From: Oscillatoria acuminata PCC 6304
Lineage (GTDB): Bacteria > Cyanobacteriota > Cyanobacteriia > Cyanobacteriales > Laspinemataceae
Direction of reading: 5' to 3'
Length of the DNA stretch: 64,000 bases
NCBI RefSeq assembly: GCF_000317105.1
Contig: NC_019693.1
Location: forward strand, 3,839,227 to 3,903,226
Shown: positions 18,996 through 29,433 of the stretch, piece after piece
How the letters are laid out: every line of letters begins with the position of its first letter
Numbering within the stretch: position 1 is the stretch's first letter
Notes under the pieces: model-generated
Told to the model about the DNA's origin: nothing
Database searches by the model: none
Seen by the model: only the letters and a program-made list of their open reading frames with translations
Translations under genes and position numbers: made by a program

Positions 18996-20822
18996 CTAGA
19001 AATTGGTTCTCTCGCGATTAGCAACCTTCATCTTCTCAATCGCCTCTGCCACCGCCATTGTTCCCAAATCACCGCCTGCGCGGGTGCGAATACTTAACTG
19101 ATTCGCTTCCACTTCTTTAGCCCCAACTACCGCCATCACCGGAATCTTTTGCTTTTCACCATTGCGAATTAGCTTACCCAAACGTTCTCCACTGGTATCC
19201 GCTTCCGCCCGAATTCCCTCGATTCGCATCTGAGTTGCTACCTCTTTCGCAAAGGGCAGAAATTCATCACTCACTGGCAATAATCGCATCTGAATCGGTG
19301 CTAACCAGAAGGGGAAATCTCCGGCATATTCTTCAATCAAAATCCCAATCAGCCGTTCCAATGACCCAAAAGGCGCACGGTGAATCATCACTGGACGTTT
19401 GCGAGTGCCATCTTCTCCTACATATTCTAATTGGAAGCGTTCCGGCAAGTTGTAGTCTACCTGGACGGTTCCTAACTGCCACTCGCGCTCAAGGGCATCC
19501 TGGAAAATAAAGTCCAGTTTTGGCCCATAAAAGGCCGCTTCTCCCGGGGCTACAAAGGACTCCATCCCCAGGGTGTCAACCGCACGACGAATGGCATTTT
19601 CTGCCTTATTCCAGGCTTCATCAGACCCGATATATTTATCGGATTCGGGGTCACGGAAACTCAACCGGGCTTTAAAGTTTTTCAGTTGCAAACTATTAAA
19701 GACGGATAAGATTAAATCCACCACACTCAGGAATTCATCATCCAATTGTTCCGGGGTGACGAACAGGTGAGAATCATCCACGGTAAAGCCGCGAACTCGG
19801 GTTAATCCTCCCAGTTCCCCGGATTGTTCATAGCGGTAAACGGTGCCAAATTCCGCTAGACGCAGGGGTAAATCCCGATAGGAACGCAACTCGTTTTTAT
19901 AGATTTGGATATGGAACGGACAGTTCATGGGTTTGAGAACAAACCCCCGTTCTGCTACGGCAGATTCTTCATCTTCTGCCATCATCGGGAACATATCCTC
20001 TTTATATTGTTGCCAATGACCGGAGGTTTTAAACAGGTCAATTCTGGCAATATGAGGGGTGACAACTCCGAGATATCCGCGTTTGACTTGTTCCTGTTTG
20101 AGGAAGTCTTCGAGTACAGTGCGGAGGACGGTGCCTTTGGGGGTCCATAAGGGCAATCCGGGACCTACGGGGTCGGCAAACAAAAATAGTCCGAGTTCTT
20201 TGCCGAGTTTGCGGTGATCTCGTTTGAGGGCTTCTTCTTTGCGTCTTTTGTATTCGGTGAGTTGTTCGGGGGTTTCCCAGGCGGTGCCATAGATGCGCTG
20301 TAGCTGTTGTTTGTTGGCATCTCCGCGCCAGTAAGCACCGGCTAAACTTTCGAGTTCGATCGCCTTGGGGTGAAGTTCGCTGGTGTTTTCCACATGGGGA
20401 CCGGCACACAAATCCCACCACTCTTCCCCGAGGTGATAGATGGTAATCGGTTCTTCTTTGATGTCCCCGAGAATTTCTAACTTGTAGGGTTCATTAAGGG
20501 TTTTGATGCGTCTTTCTGCTTCTTCTCGGGTGACTTCTTCACGAATGACGGGTAATTTCCGGTTGATGATTTTGACCATCTCTTTTTTGATGGCTTTGAG
20601 GTCCTGTTCGGTGAAGGTCTCAGGATTGTCAAAATCATAATAAAATCCATTATCAATCCAAGGTCCAATAGTGACTTGGGCCTTGGGGAAAAGCTTCTGG
20701 ACTGCCATCGCCATCACATGAGAGGTGGTGTGGCGAATCTTTTTGAGTTGCGGGGATTCGCCGGTACGTGGCAAGTAAATTTTTTCTGCGGGTGCTTCGA
20801 CAGCCGGAGATGAGTTAGCCAT
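18996..20822 (-). CDS. thrS: Threonine--tRNA ligase
   Basis: 608 aa; class II aaRS motifs, 'HRAPFGSLERLIGILIEEYAGDFPFWLAP' and a C-terminal anticodon-binding domain. Confidence 0.95.
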   Translation of the reverse strand: MANSSPAVEAPAEKIYLPRTGESPQLKKIRHTTSHVMAMAVQKLFPKAQVTIGPWIDNGFYYDFDNPETFTEQDLKAIKKEMVKIINRKLPVIREEVTREEAERRIKTLNEPYKLEILGDIKEEPITIYHLGEEWWDLCAGPHVENTSELHPKAIELESLAGAYWRGDANKQQLQRIYGTAWETPEQLTEYKRRKEEALKRDHRKLGKELGLFLFADPVGPGLPLWTPKGTVLRTVLEDFLKQEQVKRGYLGVVTPHIARIDLFKTSGHWQQYKEDMFPMMAEDEESAVAERGFVLKPMNCPFHIQIYKNELRSYRDLPLRLAEFGTVYRYEQSGELGGLTRVRGFTVDDSHLFVTPEQLDDEFLSVVDLILSVFNSLQLKNFKARLSFRDPESDKYIGSDEAWNKAENAIRRAVDTLGMESFVAPGEAAFYGPKLDFIFQDALEREWQLGTVQVDYNLPERFQLEYVGEDGTRKRPVMIHRAPFGSLERLIGILIEEYAGDFPFWLAPIQMRLLPVSDEFLPFAKEVATQMRIEGIRAEADTSGERLGKLIRNGEKQKIPVMAVVGAKEVEANQLSIRTRAGGDLGTMAVAEAIEKMKVANRERTNF

Positions 20823-21109
20823 TTGCGTTGGATTTTAATCTCGGATTTGTATTACCTTCTGTTCTATTTTAAAGGGTCGGTTCCCCAATCGGAGTAGTCT
20901 GGTCAAGTTGTTACCACAGGAGGCCCCAGAGATAAGGGGGCATCTGTTGTGGGGAATTATGCAGATTAGATGACGAATGTCAAGGGTCAGATGGGAAATT
21001 TAGACCGCTCGCCAATTGTTATCGGGCGATCGCGAATCCCTTGTCAACTGTCCCCGAGAATGTTAAGTTTTGTAAAATAAGTTAAAATTAGCCTCAGTAC
21101 CCCGATTAT

Positions 21110-21436
21110 TTGGAAATCATGCTCAATCCCAATCTTCCCGAACCCAATTTACTCAAAACCCTACTAGAACCCTTATTAGAAGATTTTCAATATTGGTTTG
21201 CCCGATCGCGCAAGTTATTGGAAAATGAGGAAATCTCCTTTTTGGGGAAAGAGGGCCAAACCGAGTTACTCGCCAGAGTGCAATACGCACAGCAAGAAGT
21301 CACCACAGCTCAAATGCTACTCAGGGCCACAGAGGGTCAGGTGGGTGTAGAAATGGAAGTGCTGATGCCGTGGCACAAATTGCTAACCGAATGCTGGCAA
21401 GTGTCGATGCGGTTTCGCATGGAAAATTCCCTCTAA
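21110..21436 (+). CDS. Small conserved hypothetical protein (DUF2605-like)
   Basis: 108 aa; 'LLEDFQYWFARSRKLL' resembles the cyanobacterial DUF2605 family (from memory). Confidence 0.4.
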   Translation: MEIMLNPNLPEPNLLKTLLEPLLEDFQYWFARSRKLLENEEISFLGKEGQTELLARVQYAQQEVTTAQMLLRATEGQVGVEMEVLMPWHKLLTECWQVSMRFRMENSL

Positions 21437-21588
21437 TCTGTCCTCGGTGGCAGTTGCCTCGACTACCCCTAAATTAAATCTCTAGATCCGCTTTAAGAGT
21501 AAACACTGAGCTATTAACTTCAGAAACACTCTTTAATCTAGCCCCTGAGTTACCCCTTAATCACCTGACTGCGCCGGAGAATATCAAT

Positions 21589-21909
21589 ATGCTGCACTTA
21601 GTTTACATTTTTGCCTTTACCATTTTGGCGTTTCTCGCTGTCGGAAACTTGATCCGCAGTTTGGTCATGCTTAGTAGTGAATCCAGAACCTATCCACCGG
21701 GACGGTGGAACTCTGGGTCCCCGAATTCAGCAATGGGACGGTATCAACGTCCGGTCCCCCACCCAGAACTGCTTGATGCGTCAGGAAATGTGGTCAATGA
21801 ACCGTTGATGGTGATGAAATCCATGACAGTGGATGATGCCCGAGAACGCCTCGATGCTTTATATGATGCCTCACCGGGAGGTTCTGGGGAGACCAAGGAA
21901 GAAAAATAA
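21589..21909 (+). CDS. Small membrane protein (DUF2973-like)
   Basis: N-terminal TM 'MLHLVYIFAFTILAFLAVGNLIRSL' is typical of a small conserved cyanobacterial family. Confidence 0.4.
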   Translation: MLHLVYIFAFTILAFLAVGNLIRSLVMLSSESRTYPPGRWNSGSPNSAMGRYQRPVPHPELLDASGNVVNEPLMVMKSMTVDDARERLDALYDASPGGSGETKEEK

Positions 21910-22090
21910 GAATCAGCGCGTTGAAAGTGGAGATTTTAGAAGTCTAAACTCTGACTCAGACAATGCAAGGGTGCCGGTGAACTGAGGGTGTTGACCGGCT
22001 TTTGGCATGGGTCAAATTGGCATGGGTTGATGCTTAGGGTCAATATCACTATCATAGAAGTACAACCAAGACCCAGGGAAGAGGATAAAA

Positions 22091-22452
22091 TGACGAGTCA
22101 ATTAATGGTTGAACCTTCATCCTTGATGTATTCTGGAATCGTACTCAATACGGTCCAAGACCTTCATCTGTTTAAATTTACCGATGAGTTGCAAGCGCGT
22201 TCTGATGAACTTTTAGAAAAACTCAAGACTGGATTGCTGACTTCAGAGGAAGAAGCAGAACTAGCGGGTATATCCGACTTAGCTAGAATCTTTACTTATG
22301 CCAATACCCTTCTAGCCGATCGCCAAAAATGGTCTCAGACTCCCTCAGAAAATTCGTCTGAACCAGAGCCCAAGAACTATGTGAATACTGCCACTTATTC
22401 AAAAATCGCGGAGGTTTTGGACGAAACTTGGCTATCATCCTCCCAAAGATGA
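22091..22452 (+). CDS. Hypothetical protein
   Basis: ORF starting at the internal Met (MTSQLMV...) of the listed 21988-22452 frame; no motif. Confidence 0.3.
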
Positions 22453-22528
22453 CCCGCGTCAGAAAGGGTAATCTTTAAACCATGCCAAAACTGAATGCTT
22501 ACGAGAGGGTAAGGTTAAGGCAAACATC

Positions 22529-23179
22529 CTACAAGTTTCTCAAAACTTCCCGAACCCAGGCGCGAAAGGCTTTCATGGTTTTATTTCTGCCTTCAGTTTT
22601 TGCTTGTTCTAAATATTGGGGAATGACTTCAGTTAGGGGAAAGTTGGGAAAAATTTGACTGCGATCGCCTTCTTGATAAGTACCATCTTCTTGCAGTCGG
22701 CTAATTTTGAGGATTCCTTTCTCAAACTGCCATAATTCCGGTACGCCTAACCCTTGATAAATCTTCGCATGGGTGCGCGAGGTGACATCAATTTCTAAGG
22801 CTAAATCTGGAGGCGGATCTACTGTCAAATCTAATCGGTCCTTACCACGCACTGCCGCCTCATGTTTGATATAAAAGCAATTATCCGGTTCGATGCCTTG
22901 TGCCATGACTTGATTTTTAAATGTAGTCGAACCCAGGGGACAAAATTCAATGTCGAGTTCTTCTAGAAGAATTTCTACTAAGTTGGTTATATAGAGTTTT
23001 GCCCTTTCGTGTTCTGGTAGTGGGGTCATGATTTCTAAGGTTCCTTTGTCGTAAGCAATTCGCGCTCCTCGATGTTCGCCTAAGTCTTCTAAAATGGCTT
23101 CAAATTCTTTCCAGCTTACCTCTTTGAGTAGGACTCGCTGTCCCGGGGGAACTGTGATTCTATTGATTTCTAGTAGCAT
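22529..23179 (-). CDS. Uma2-family (DUF820) putative restriction-endonuclease-like protein
   Basis: Typical Uma2 length and motifs (EIMTPLPEHERAKLYITNLV... PD-(D/E)xK-like core). Confidence 0.8.
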   Translation of the reverse strand: MLLEINRITVPPGQRVLLKEVSWKEFEAILEDLGEHRGARIAYDKGTLEIMTPLPEHERAKLYITNLVEILLEELDIEFCPLGSTTFKNQVMAQGIEPDNCFYIKHEAAVRGKDRLDLTVDPPPDLALEIDVTSRTHAKIYQGLGVPELWQFEKGILKISRLQEDGTYQEGDRSQIFPNFPLTEVIPQYLEQAKTEGRNKTMKAFRAWVREVLRNL

Positions 23180-23232
23180 ATTTCACCTCTTTAGATTATT
23201 TATGTAGATTAATTCAGCATTTCTTTTCCGTC

Positions 23233-23679
23233 TCATTTTTGAACAAATTCTAACAATTTAGTAGGGACAAGAACTAACTCACCAGATGTCAATCGGTCTA
23301 TTTCGATCCAGAGGGCTTTTACTTCCCGTTTTCCTTCAAAAAAGAAGAGAGATTCGAGTTCATAAAATTTGCGATCGCTAAAATCACAGCCATAGAGTTG
23401 GATGATTTCATGGCCCGGTTTACCGTTATAAATAAAAATATTTTCTACACAACCTAGGTATTGAATATTGGTTAATTCCCCTTTCACTTCTTCTTGAAAT
23501 TCCCGTTTCAAAGCCTCAAAACTGGTTTCGCCAAAGTCAAGACCGCCTCCTAAAGGGCGATAAAATTCTTGGTTTTTGACGGAATCATAGCCCTCGGAGA
23601 CAAACAGGCGATTTTTGTCTTGGATTAGCCCTAATGTAATGACACGAATTTTTGGTTTTTTACTCATTGTTTTAATCAA
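23233..23679 (-). CDS. NUDIX hydrolase
   Basis: Nudix box 'GGGLDFGETSFEALKREFQEEVKGEL' (GX5EX7REUXEEXGU). Confidence 0.8.
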   Translation of the reverse strand: MIKTMSKKPKIRVITLGLIQDKNRLFVSEGYDSVKNQEFYRPLGGGLDFGETSFEALKREFQEEVKGELTNIQYLGCVENIFIYNGKPGHEIIQLYGCDFSDRKFYELESLFFFEGKREVKALWIEIDRLTSGELVLVPTKLLEFVQK

Positions 23680-23729
23680 TAGAAATAAAATTTCCCAGCT
23701 TAATTGACTGGGAAAATTGAAAAAATCAA

Positions 23730-24182
23730 CTAATTATCGTCAGCGAATCGGGAGCGACTTTCACTATCAGCTACGGGCCAATCGGCATTTTCACCGCCGA
23801 TAATGAGACGTTCAATGACTACAAATTCTTGACTGAGGCGATCGAGGGCATTAATCAGAACATCGAGGGCGATCGCATCACTGGTCCCGAGGTCAAACCA
23901 GCAGCGTGCCCAGGTTCCATTATATTCAAAGTCTCCCATATTGTGCATCAGCGCCATCAAACTTTTTTCCGCAGTCACCGAATCATACTGCATATAGCTA
24001 ATCTCTAATCCGGTGTCCTGAACTTGGAGATTTTCTGCATTAAATCCCCCCAGTTTACCAAGAAAAAACCAAGAATCGAAGACTTCTTCAACATACTGCT
24101 TTTCACTCTTGCCCGGACTGGTGCTAAACTCCAACCAGATCCAGACATCAAAGGGGTTAAACTCCCGAAACTCTACTTGCAT
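23730..24182 (-). CDS. Conserved hypothetical protein
   Basis: 150-aa acidic protein; resembles a small cyanobacteria/plant-conserved DUF but is not assignable with certainty. Confidence 0.4.
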   Translation of the reverse strand: MQVEFREFNPFDVWIWLEFSTSPGKSEKQYVEEVFDSWFFLGKLGGFNAENLQVQDTGLEISYMQYDSVTAEKSLMALMHNMGDFEYNGTWARCWFDLGTSDAIALDVLINALDRLSQEFVVIERLIIGGENADWPVADSESRSRFADDN

Positions 24183-24220
24183 ATTTCTGTGTCTCTACAT
24201 CAAGGGGAGATTAAAGGTCT

Positions 24221-24268
24221 AAAAAACCGACGCCTATAGATTAACATATCGAGGCGTCGGTTTATTAT
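24221..24268 (-). terminator. Rho-independent terminator downstream of the TPR gene
   Basis: Perfect 11-bp stem AACCGACGCCT/AGGCGTCGGTT, 16-nt loop, flanked by A-run (plus strand), i.e. a T-run on the minus strand. Confidence 0.55.
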
Positions 24269-24290
24269 TTCCGGGGAGAGGTGTTAGAGG

Positions 24291-25220
24291 TTATCGGGAA
24301 GCAGCGGCTAACTCTTGCATTTTGCGAACATTGCGATCGCGTTCTCGTTGGAGTTGCCGTCTTAAAGTTTCCGGGAATTGCTCATTGGCTTGAGCGAGGG
24401 CCGTCTGAAAATGAGATTCAGCTTGTTGCAGCAATTCCATACTATTCTGGTCGTTGCCTTTTTTCACCAGAATTTGTCCTTTGAGATAAAACAGTTCTGG
24501 ATTGTTGGGGGTAATCTCTAAAGCCCGATTCACTGCCGATAAAGCTTGCTCAACCTGATCTAAATCGCGATAGCCCACGGCGATTCCCCGATAGGCTAAA
24601 TAAGAAGGGGACGCATAATTTTCCAAGCGGGCGATCGCATCATCGGCATTGGCAAAAGGTAGATTCACCGCCAATATTAAATCCATGAATCCTTTAATCA
24701 GATTCAACTCCGGATCATTCGCCTCAATTTTTTCTGCCGCATCAAAATGCTTGAACACTTCTCGCAGTTTACCCATTGCTTTGGGAACTCCGCGCAACGT
24801 CCCTTCAGTGCTAATAATATAACCGCCCTCTAAAAAATGACCGACGGCTATATACAGATTGCCGCGTAAGGGATTCTCAGTCAACAAAGATTCAGCAGTA
24901 GTGCGAGTGCGGGTTGCATAATTATTTAAGCGGTCCCAGTCTTCATCTAAATAGGCCAAAGCGCCCTGCATCGCATAGACTAAAGGTTCATTGGGTTCAG
25001 TTTCTTCAGCTTGTTGGAGTTGGCGGAGTGCCTCTTGATAATTTCCCCGTTCAAAGAGGGTTTTAAATGCAGCTTCAGTGTCAGCGCCGATTTCATGGCG
25101 ATTTTCGGTGCGGAAGGGGTCTAAAGCCAGCGTCGGACTGATACTGAAAGTCAAGGCAATCGCCGCACTGCCTGCGATCGCAGCGAGCAACCGACCCGCC
25201 CTAGAAAACCGATAGTTCAT
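24291..25220 (-). CDS. TPR-repeat protein with N-terminal signal peptide
   Basis: Signal-like N-terminus (AAIAGSAAIALTFS), then helical TPR-like repeats (YQEALRQLQQAEE..., NYQEA...). Confidence 0.55.
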   Translation of the reverse strand: MNYRFSRAGRLLAAIAGSAAIALTFSISPTLALDPFRTENRHEIGADTEAAFKTLFERGNYQEALRQLQQAEETEPNEPLVYAMQGALAYLDEDWDRLNNYATRTRTTAESLLTENPLRGNLYIAVGHFLEGGYIISTEGTLRGVPKAMGKLREVFKHFDAAEKIEANDPELNLIKGFMDLILAVNLPFANADDAIARLENYASPSYLAYRGIAVGYRDLDQVEQALSAVNRALEITPNNPELFYLKGQILVKKGNDQNSMELLQQAESHFQTALAQANEQFPETLRRQLQRERDRNVRKMQELAAASR

Positions 25221-25517
25221 ACTCTACCTCGTCTGTTGTGCCTCAATGATGCCAAAAAATCCTGAATCCCCCTTGAGTCGCGATCGACCCAGGCCGATTA
25301 TTTCCATTTTAGAATCTCAATCCCGTGACAGGGGAAGTCCGGGCTAAAAATTGCTCTGTTCTACTCTAAGCAGCTAGTACGCAGGTAGTGACGCCGTGGT
25401 TAGGGGCAAGTTCCAAACTATCCCGGAGTAGTGTAATCGGGTTAAGTTTGTCAAAATAAAATAGAGACTCAGCAGTACAACGCTGTTGAGTCTGTACAGT
25501 CTCGTTTAATCCCCCTA

Positions 25518-26210
25518 TTGTTGACAAGGGTTTCAATGCTTTATCTGAAAAACCTAACTTACCATCCCACCGCGACTCCTACGCCGATTCTCAAGTCCAT
25601 TGACCTAGAATTTGCCCCACAACAGTTAGGCTTGATTATTGGGCCAAGCGGTTCTGGTAAATCCACCTTGTTAGAAATTTTGGGAGGGTTGGCGGAAAAA
25701 ACCCAAGGGGAGATTTTCTGGCGGGATCAACTCTTGACCCCAGCCCATTTACAACAATTGGGGGGCTTGGTGTTTCAGTTCCCGGAACGGCATTTTTGTT
25801 GTGGGACCCTGTTGGAAGAGTTGCGCTTGGGGCATCCGGAACTGGGGTCGGAACGGGTCCATGAAGCCCTTAAAGAAGTGGGTTTGGATGGGTTATCGTT
25901 GCAGACAGCGCCCCAATCCCTCAGTGGGGGACAGCAGCGCCGACTCGCATTGGCAGTACAATTAATTCGGCAGCCTCATTTGCTGTTACTGGATGAACCG
26001 ACGGCGGGTTTAGATTGGTCGATGCGGCGCAATTTAGTCACGCTGTTGGCGAAGTTGAAGAAGCACTGGAGTTTGTTGGTTGTCACCCATGATGCCGGGG
26101 ACCTGTTGCCGATCGCCGATTGCTGTTGGACCCTCAATCACGGGGAACTCCAAAGTGTTGAACCCAATAAACTCGCCATCAGCACTCAACTCTCGATGGT
26201 CAGTTCTTGA
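25518..26210 (+). CDS. ABC transporter ATP-binding protein
   Basis: Walker A 'GPSGSGKST', signature 'LSGGQQRRLALA', Walker B 'LLLDEPTAGLD', H-loop. Confidence 0.85.
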   Translation: MLTRVSMLYLKNLTYHPTATPTPILKSIDLEFAPQQLGLIIGPSGSGKSTLLEILGGLAEKTQGEIFWRDQLLTPAHLQQLGGLVFQFPERHFCCGTLLEELRLGHPELGSERVHEALKEVGLDGLSLQTAPQSLSGGQQRRLALAVQLIRQPHLLLLDEPTAGLDWSMRRNLVTLLAKLKKHWSLLVVTHDAGDLLPIADCCWTLNHGELQSVEPNKLAISTQLSMVSS

Positions 26211-26381
26211 GCGATCGCCAGATTCTGGCTTTTTTTCTCCCGCGTCTCAATCCCATTGCCAACCCTTGACTTCTGACAACAGCAGATTTTGGGGCAGGGG
26301 TTTGAACCGAAAAATCTGGATTTCCTCCCCCACTCCAACCTCAAAAAGACCCAAAAGTGCTTGTATTTGTAACGACTAACC

Positions 26382-27188
26382 ATGACTGAACCTGAGAAAC
26401 TCATCCTGCCATCCAATGTCAAATTATGGGAAAAAACCATGAATTGGCAGCCCGATGCGGGTCATCTACTAGAATTTCAAAGCCTTTATGAAGGCATTCT
26501 CGAAGGGAATCAAGCCCTCAATTTAACTCGCATTACTACACCAGATGAGTTTTGGGAAAAGCATCTGTGGGATTCTCTGCGCGCAATTACGCCTTTATTA
26601 TCTCAACCGTTGGGTTCTCCCTCGGAGTCCGTCTCTTCTTCAAAAATGGGGATGGTTTGTTCGGAAGGGGGAAATGGGTCAGTTCGAGCGATCGATATTG
26701 GAACAGGGGCGGGTTTTCCTGGGTTGCCGGTGGCGATCGCTTGTCCCGAGTGGCAGGTGACTCTCCTGGATTCCACACGCAAAAAAATTACGTTTCTCCA
26801 GAGTTTAATTAACCAGTTAGGGATGGAAAATGCCCGGGCGATTGTCGGCAGAGTGGAAGAGATCGGGCGATCGCGTGAACATCGGGAACGGTATGATTTT
26901 GCCTTTGCGCGGGCGATCGGGCCGACGATGGTTTGTGCAGAATATGCCCTGCCCTTGTTGAAAGTGGGCGGGTTGGCGATTCTGTATCGCGGTCATTGGA
27001 CTGATGAAGAGGCGCAAGTGGTCTCCGCTGCAGTTGAGCAACTGGGGGGGATGGTGGATTTTGTGGAGAAATTTACGACCCCGCTCACAGATAGTGTTCG
27101 CACTTGTGTTTATTTGCGAAAGGTTGCGCCAACTCGTCCTGAATTTCCCCGGGCTGTAGGGATACCGGCTCAGAATCCTCTGGTGTAA
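26382..27188 (+). CDS. rsmG: 16S rRNA (guanine527-N7)-methyltransferase RsmG (GidB)
   Basis: 'LNLTRITTPDEFWEKHLWDSL' and SAM motif 'IDIGTGAGFPGLPVAI' match RsmG. It carries a short insertion relative to typical RsmG and a possible later start (MNWQPD...). Confidence 0.85.
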   Translation: MTEPEKLILPSNVKLWEKTMNWQPDAGHLLEFQSLYEGILEGNQALNLTRITTPDEFWEKHLWDSLRAITPLLSQPLGSPSESVSSSKMGMVCSEGGNGSVRAIDIGTGAGFPGLPVAIACPEWQVTLLDSTRKKITFLQSLINQLGMENARAIVGRVEEIGRSREHRERYDFAFARAIGPTMVCAEYALPLLKVGGLAILYRGHWTDEEAQVVSAAVEQLGGMVDFVEKFTTPLTDSVRTCVYLRKVAPTRPEFPRAVGIPAQNPLV

Positions 27189-27322
27189 TCGGGGGTCGGC
27201 AGAATGTGAGAGCGCGTTGAATAGTCTGGTATATTCAGGGGGTATCCGGTGCTTCTGAGGACTGAGAAGCCAGTATCTGTGCCGATCGCATGAGCAAGCC
27301 TCACAGACAGTTTTTTGCTAGT

Positions 27323-28801
27323 TTAAGAGGCGGTAACGACGCGATCGCGACCGGATGCTTTGGCTTGATAGAGGGCGACATCGGCAGCCTGGAGGACAGC
27401 TAACCCGGTTTTGCCATGTTGGGGAAAACTAGCAACGCCTAAAGAGAGAGTGATGCAGCCGAGAGATTGGCCCGCATATTCAACTTGTAACAATTTTATC
27501 TTTTTTCGCAAGCGTTGGGCGCGCTCTTGAGTAACGCTTAAAGGAGCGTCGGGTAAAATCAGGGTAAACTCTTCCCCTCCATAGCGACAAGGGATATCCG
27601 TAGGGCGGATATTTTTTTGGAAAAACTCTCCCAATTGTCGTAAGACTTGATTTCCCGCTTCATGCCCAAAGGTATCGTTAAATTCTTTGAAGTGATCGAC
27701 ATCGATCATGATCAACGAGAGGGAATATCCCTTTAGTTCAGCTTGATAGATTTCCCGTTCCAGGGCTTCTTCTAAATAGCGGCGATTGTATAAACCCGTT
27801 AGCGGGTCGCGGATGCTTTGATTATGTAAGGTTTCTCGTAATTTTAAATTGGCTAAAGCTAGGGCAATATGTTCGGCAACTGTCATGGCTAACAGTTGAG
27901 TTGTATTCGATAATGGTCCTTTATCTGGGGCGCATAAATAGAGTACGCCTAGGGCTTTTCCTTGAGCCATCATCGGGACGCAGCAATATTCAGCGGGTAA
28001 GAGATTGGGATGGAGGTGTTGGCAAATTAAGCCATTTTGCATATTTCCAACAAAATGCACCCGTCCTCGTCGCAATGCCCAACATTCATTGGGGGCAAAT
28101 ACTTTTTGACTGCTAAAGGTAATTCCCCAACTGGCAACGACATCGAGTAAATTATTGAGGGAGTTAATAATAAAAACTGCACCGGGAATGTTGGGAAAGA
28201 GTAATTTACAGGATTGGGCGATCGCACTGTAGGCTTCTTTGACTGTCAGGCACGCTTGAAGCAAATCGCTCATTTCACTGAGTAAGATTAATTCTCGCTG
28301 ACGCACTTCTAGTTCTAGGGTTTTTTGATGCAATGCTTCCTGAGCTTGCTTGCGTTCCTCAATTTCTTCTAGGGCGCGATCGCGCATGGACCGATAATCG
28401 TGAAGGCGGCGAGTCAGATCCGTGACATCTTCGATGGCTAAAAGAGCGTAAAACCCCTTGCTATCAAAGGATTTCACCCCAGTTACCGTGGTATGTTGGA
28501 TCCGGAATTCCCCATCCGGAAGGGGGGCCGGAATCAGGTGTTTGTGCAGTTGGGAGGAAAAAATAGTCGGAGGTCCGCCTTCAAAGACTTGTTGGAGACG
28601 GTGGTGATATTTAGGTTGGGTTAAATGAGGGAAGCGATCGCCCAAATTCTGGCCGATGATTTCGCTTTTGGGAATTTTTGTCCAATCCTCTAGGCAACTA
28701 TTCCAAAACAGCACAATAAAATCGAACCGCAGAACACAAGCACCCACGGGAACTCGGTCGAGAATTCCAAATTTCTCCTCAACCTGTTGAATCTCTTTCA
28801 T
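27323..28801 (-). CDS. PAS/GAF-domain diguanylate cyclase (GGDEF)
   Basis: C-terminal GGDEF domain with active-site 'RYGGEEF'; N-terminal PAS-like and GAF-like regions; coiled-coil linker. Confidence 0.85.
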   Translation of the reverse strand: MKEIQQVEEKFGILDRVPVGACVLRFDFIVLFWNSCLEDWTKIPKSEIIGQNLGDRFPHLTQPKYHHRLQQVFEGGPPTIFSSQLHKHLIPAPLPDGEFRIQHTTVTGVKSFDSKGFYALLAIEDVTDLTRRLHDYRSMRDRALEEIEERKQAQEALHQKTLELEVRQRELILLSEMSDLLQACLTVKEAYSAIAQSCKLLFPNIPGAVFIINSLNNLLDVVASWGITFSSQKVFAPNECWALRRGRVHFVGNMQNGLICQHLHPNLLPAEYCCVPMMAQGKALGVLYLCAPDKGPLSNTTQLLAMTVAEHIALALANLKLRETLHNQSIRDPLTGLYNRRYLEEALEREIYQAELKGYSLSLIMIDVDHFKEFNDTFGHEAGNQVLRQLGEFFQKNIRPTDIPCRYGGEEFTLILPDAPLSVTQERAQRLRKKIKLLQVEYAGQSLGCITLSLGVASFPQHGKTGLAVLQAADVALYQAKASGRDRVVTAS

Positions 28802-29433
28802 TCTTCCTCACCCTCTTCTATCATCTCTAGGGCTTTCAGTAAGGCATCAAAGGAACCCACCTTAAAAATCAAGATAATGTCTCCCGCAATTTGGAGTTGT
28901 TCAATGGTAAACCGAGCCTGAGCTAATAAGACCGTGGTGTTAGGCTCTAATTGCTTTGAACTTAACAAGTGTTCGACGGTATCTTCTAAATACATGGGCA
29001 GGGAATAATTCAGATGCTGTCTGAGCAAATTGCTCATCGAACCCATCACCCCATTGATCACAATATTACCTATTTCCGTCAGGGTTCCTATTTTGACCGC
29101 ATCCAGGTCGGGAGTTCCGACTTCCTCATTGGTCAACAAAGCCACTAATTTAGAGGCGCTATCGGTCGGAAAAACAAGCTGGGCTAGACCACTAAATGAG
29201 CCGCTAAAGCCAAGGCGTACTGCTGAAACTAGAGAAACTCCTAGGCGATTTTCCAGTTCCTGCTTCATTTGTTCAGGGGAAAATACGCGGATAAATGGAA
29301 CCTGCAAGCGAATGTGACAGTCAATCATTTCATTGAGGACACTTGCTGCTCTGCCAACACCAATGTTGACCAATTCCTGCAAGGTATCCAGTTGGTCAAC
29401 AGTTAAATTCATCGAGCATTCTCCTCTGTACAA
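28798..29433 (-). CDS. CheC-like phosphatase domain protein
   Basis: Two CheC signatures: 'DTLQELVNIGVGRAASVLNEM' and 'GTLTEIGNIVINGVMGSMSNLL' (E-x2-N-I-G). Overlaps both neighbours (ATGA overlap with the GGDEF gene). Confidence 0.7.
   Translation of the reverse strand: MYRGECSMNLTVDQLDTLQELVNIGVGRAASVLNEMIDCHIRLQVPFIRVFSPEQMKQELENRLGVSLVSAVRLGFSGSFSGLAQLVFPTDSASKLVALLTNEEVGTPDLDAVKIGTLTEIGNIVINGVMGSMSNLLRQHLNYSLPMYLEDTVEHLLSSKQLEPNTTVLLAQARFTIEQLQIAGDIILIFKVGSFDALLKALEMIEEGEEE

Noticed and set aside
20038-20421. 127-aa Arg/Gln/Thr-rich minus-strand ORF overlapping thrS in a different frame.
   Set aside because: Low-complexity alternative frame of a highly conserved housekeeping gene.
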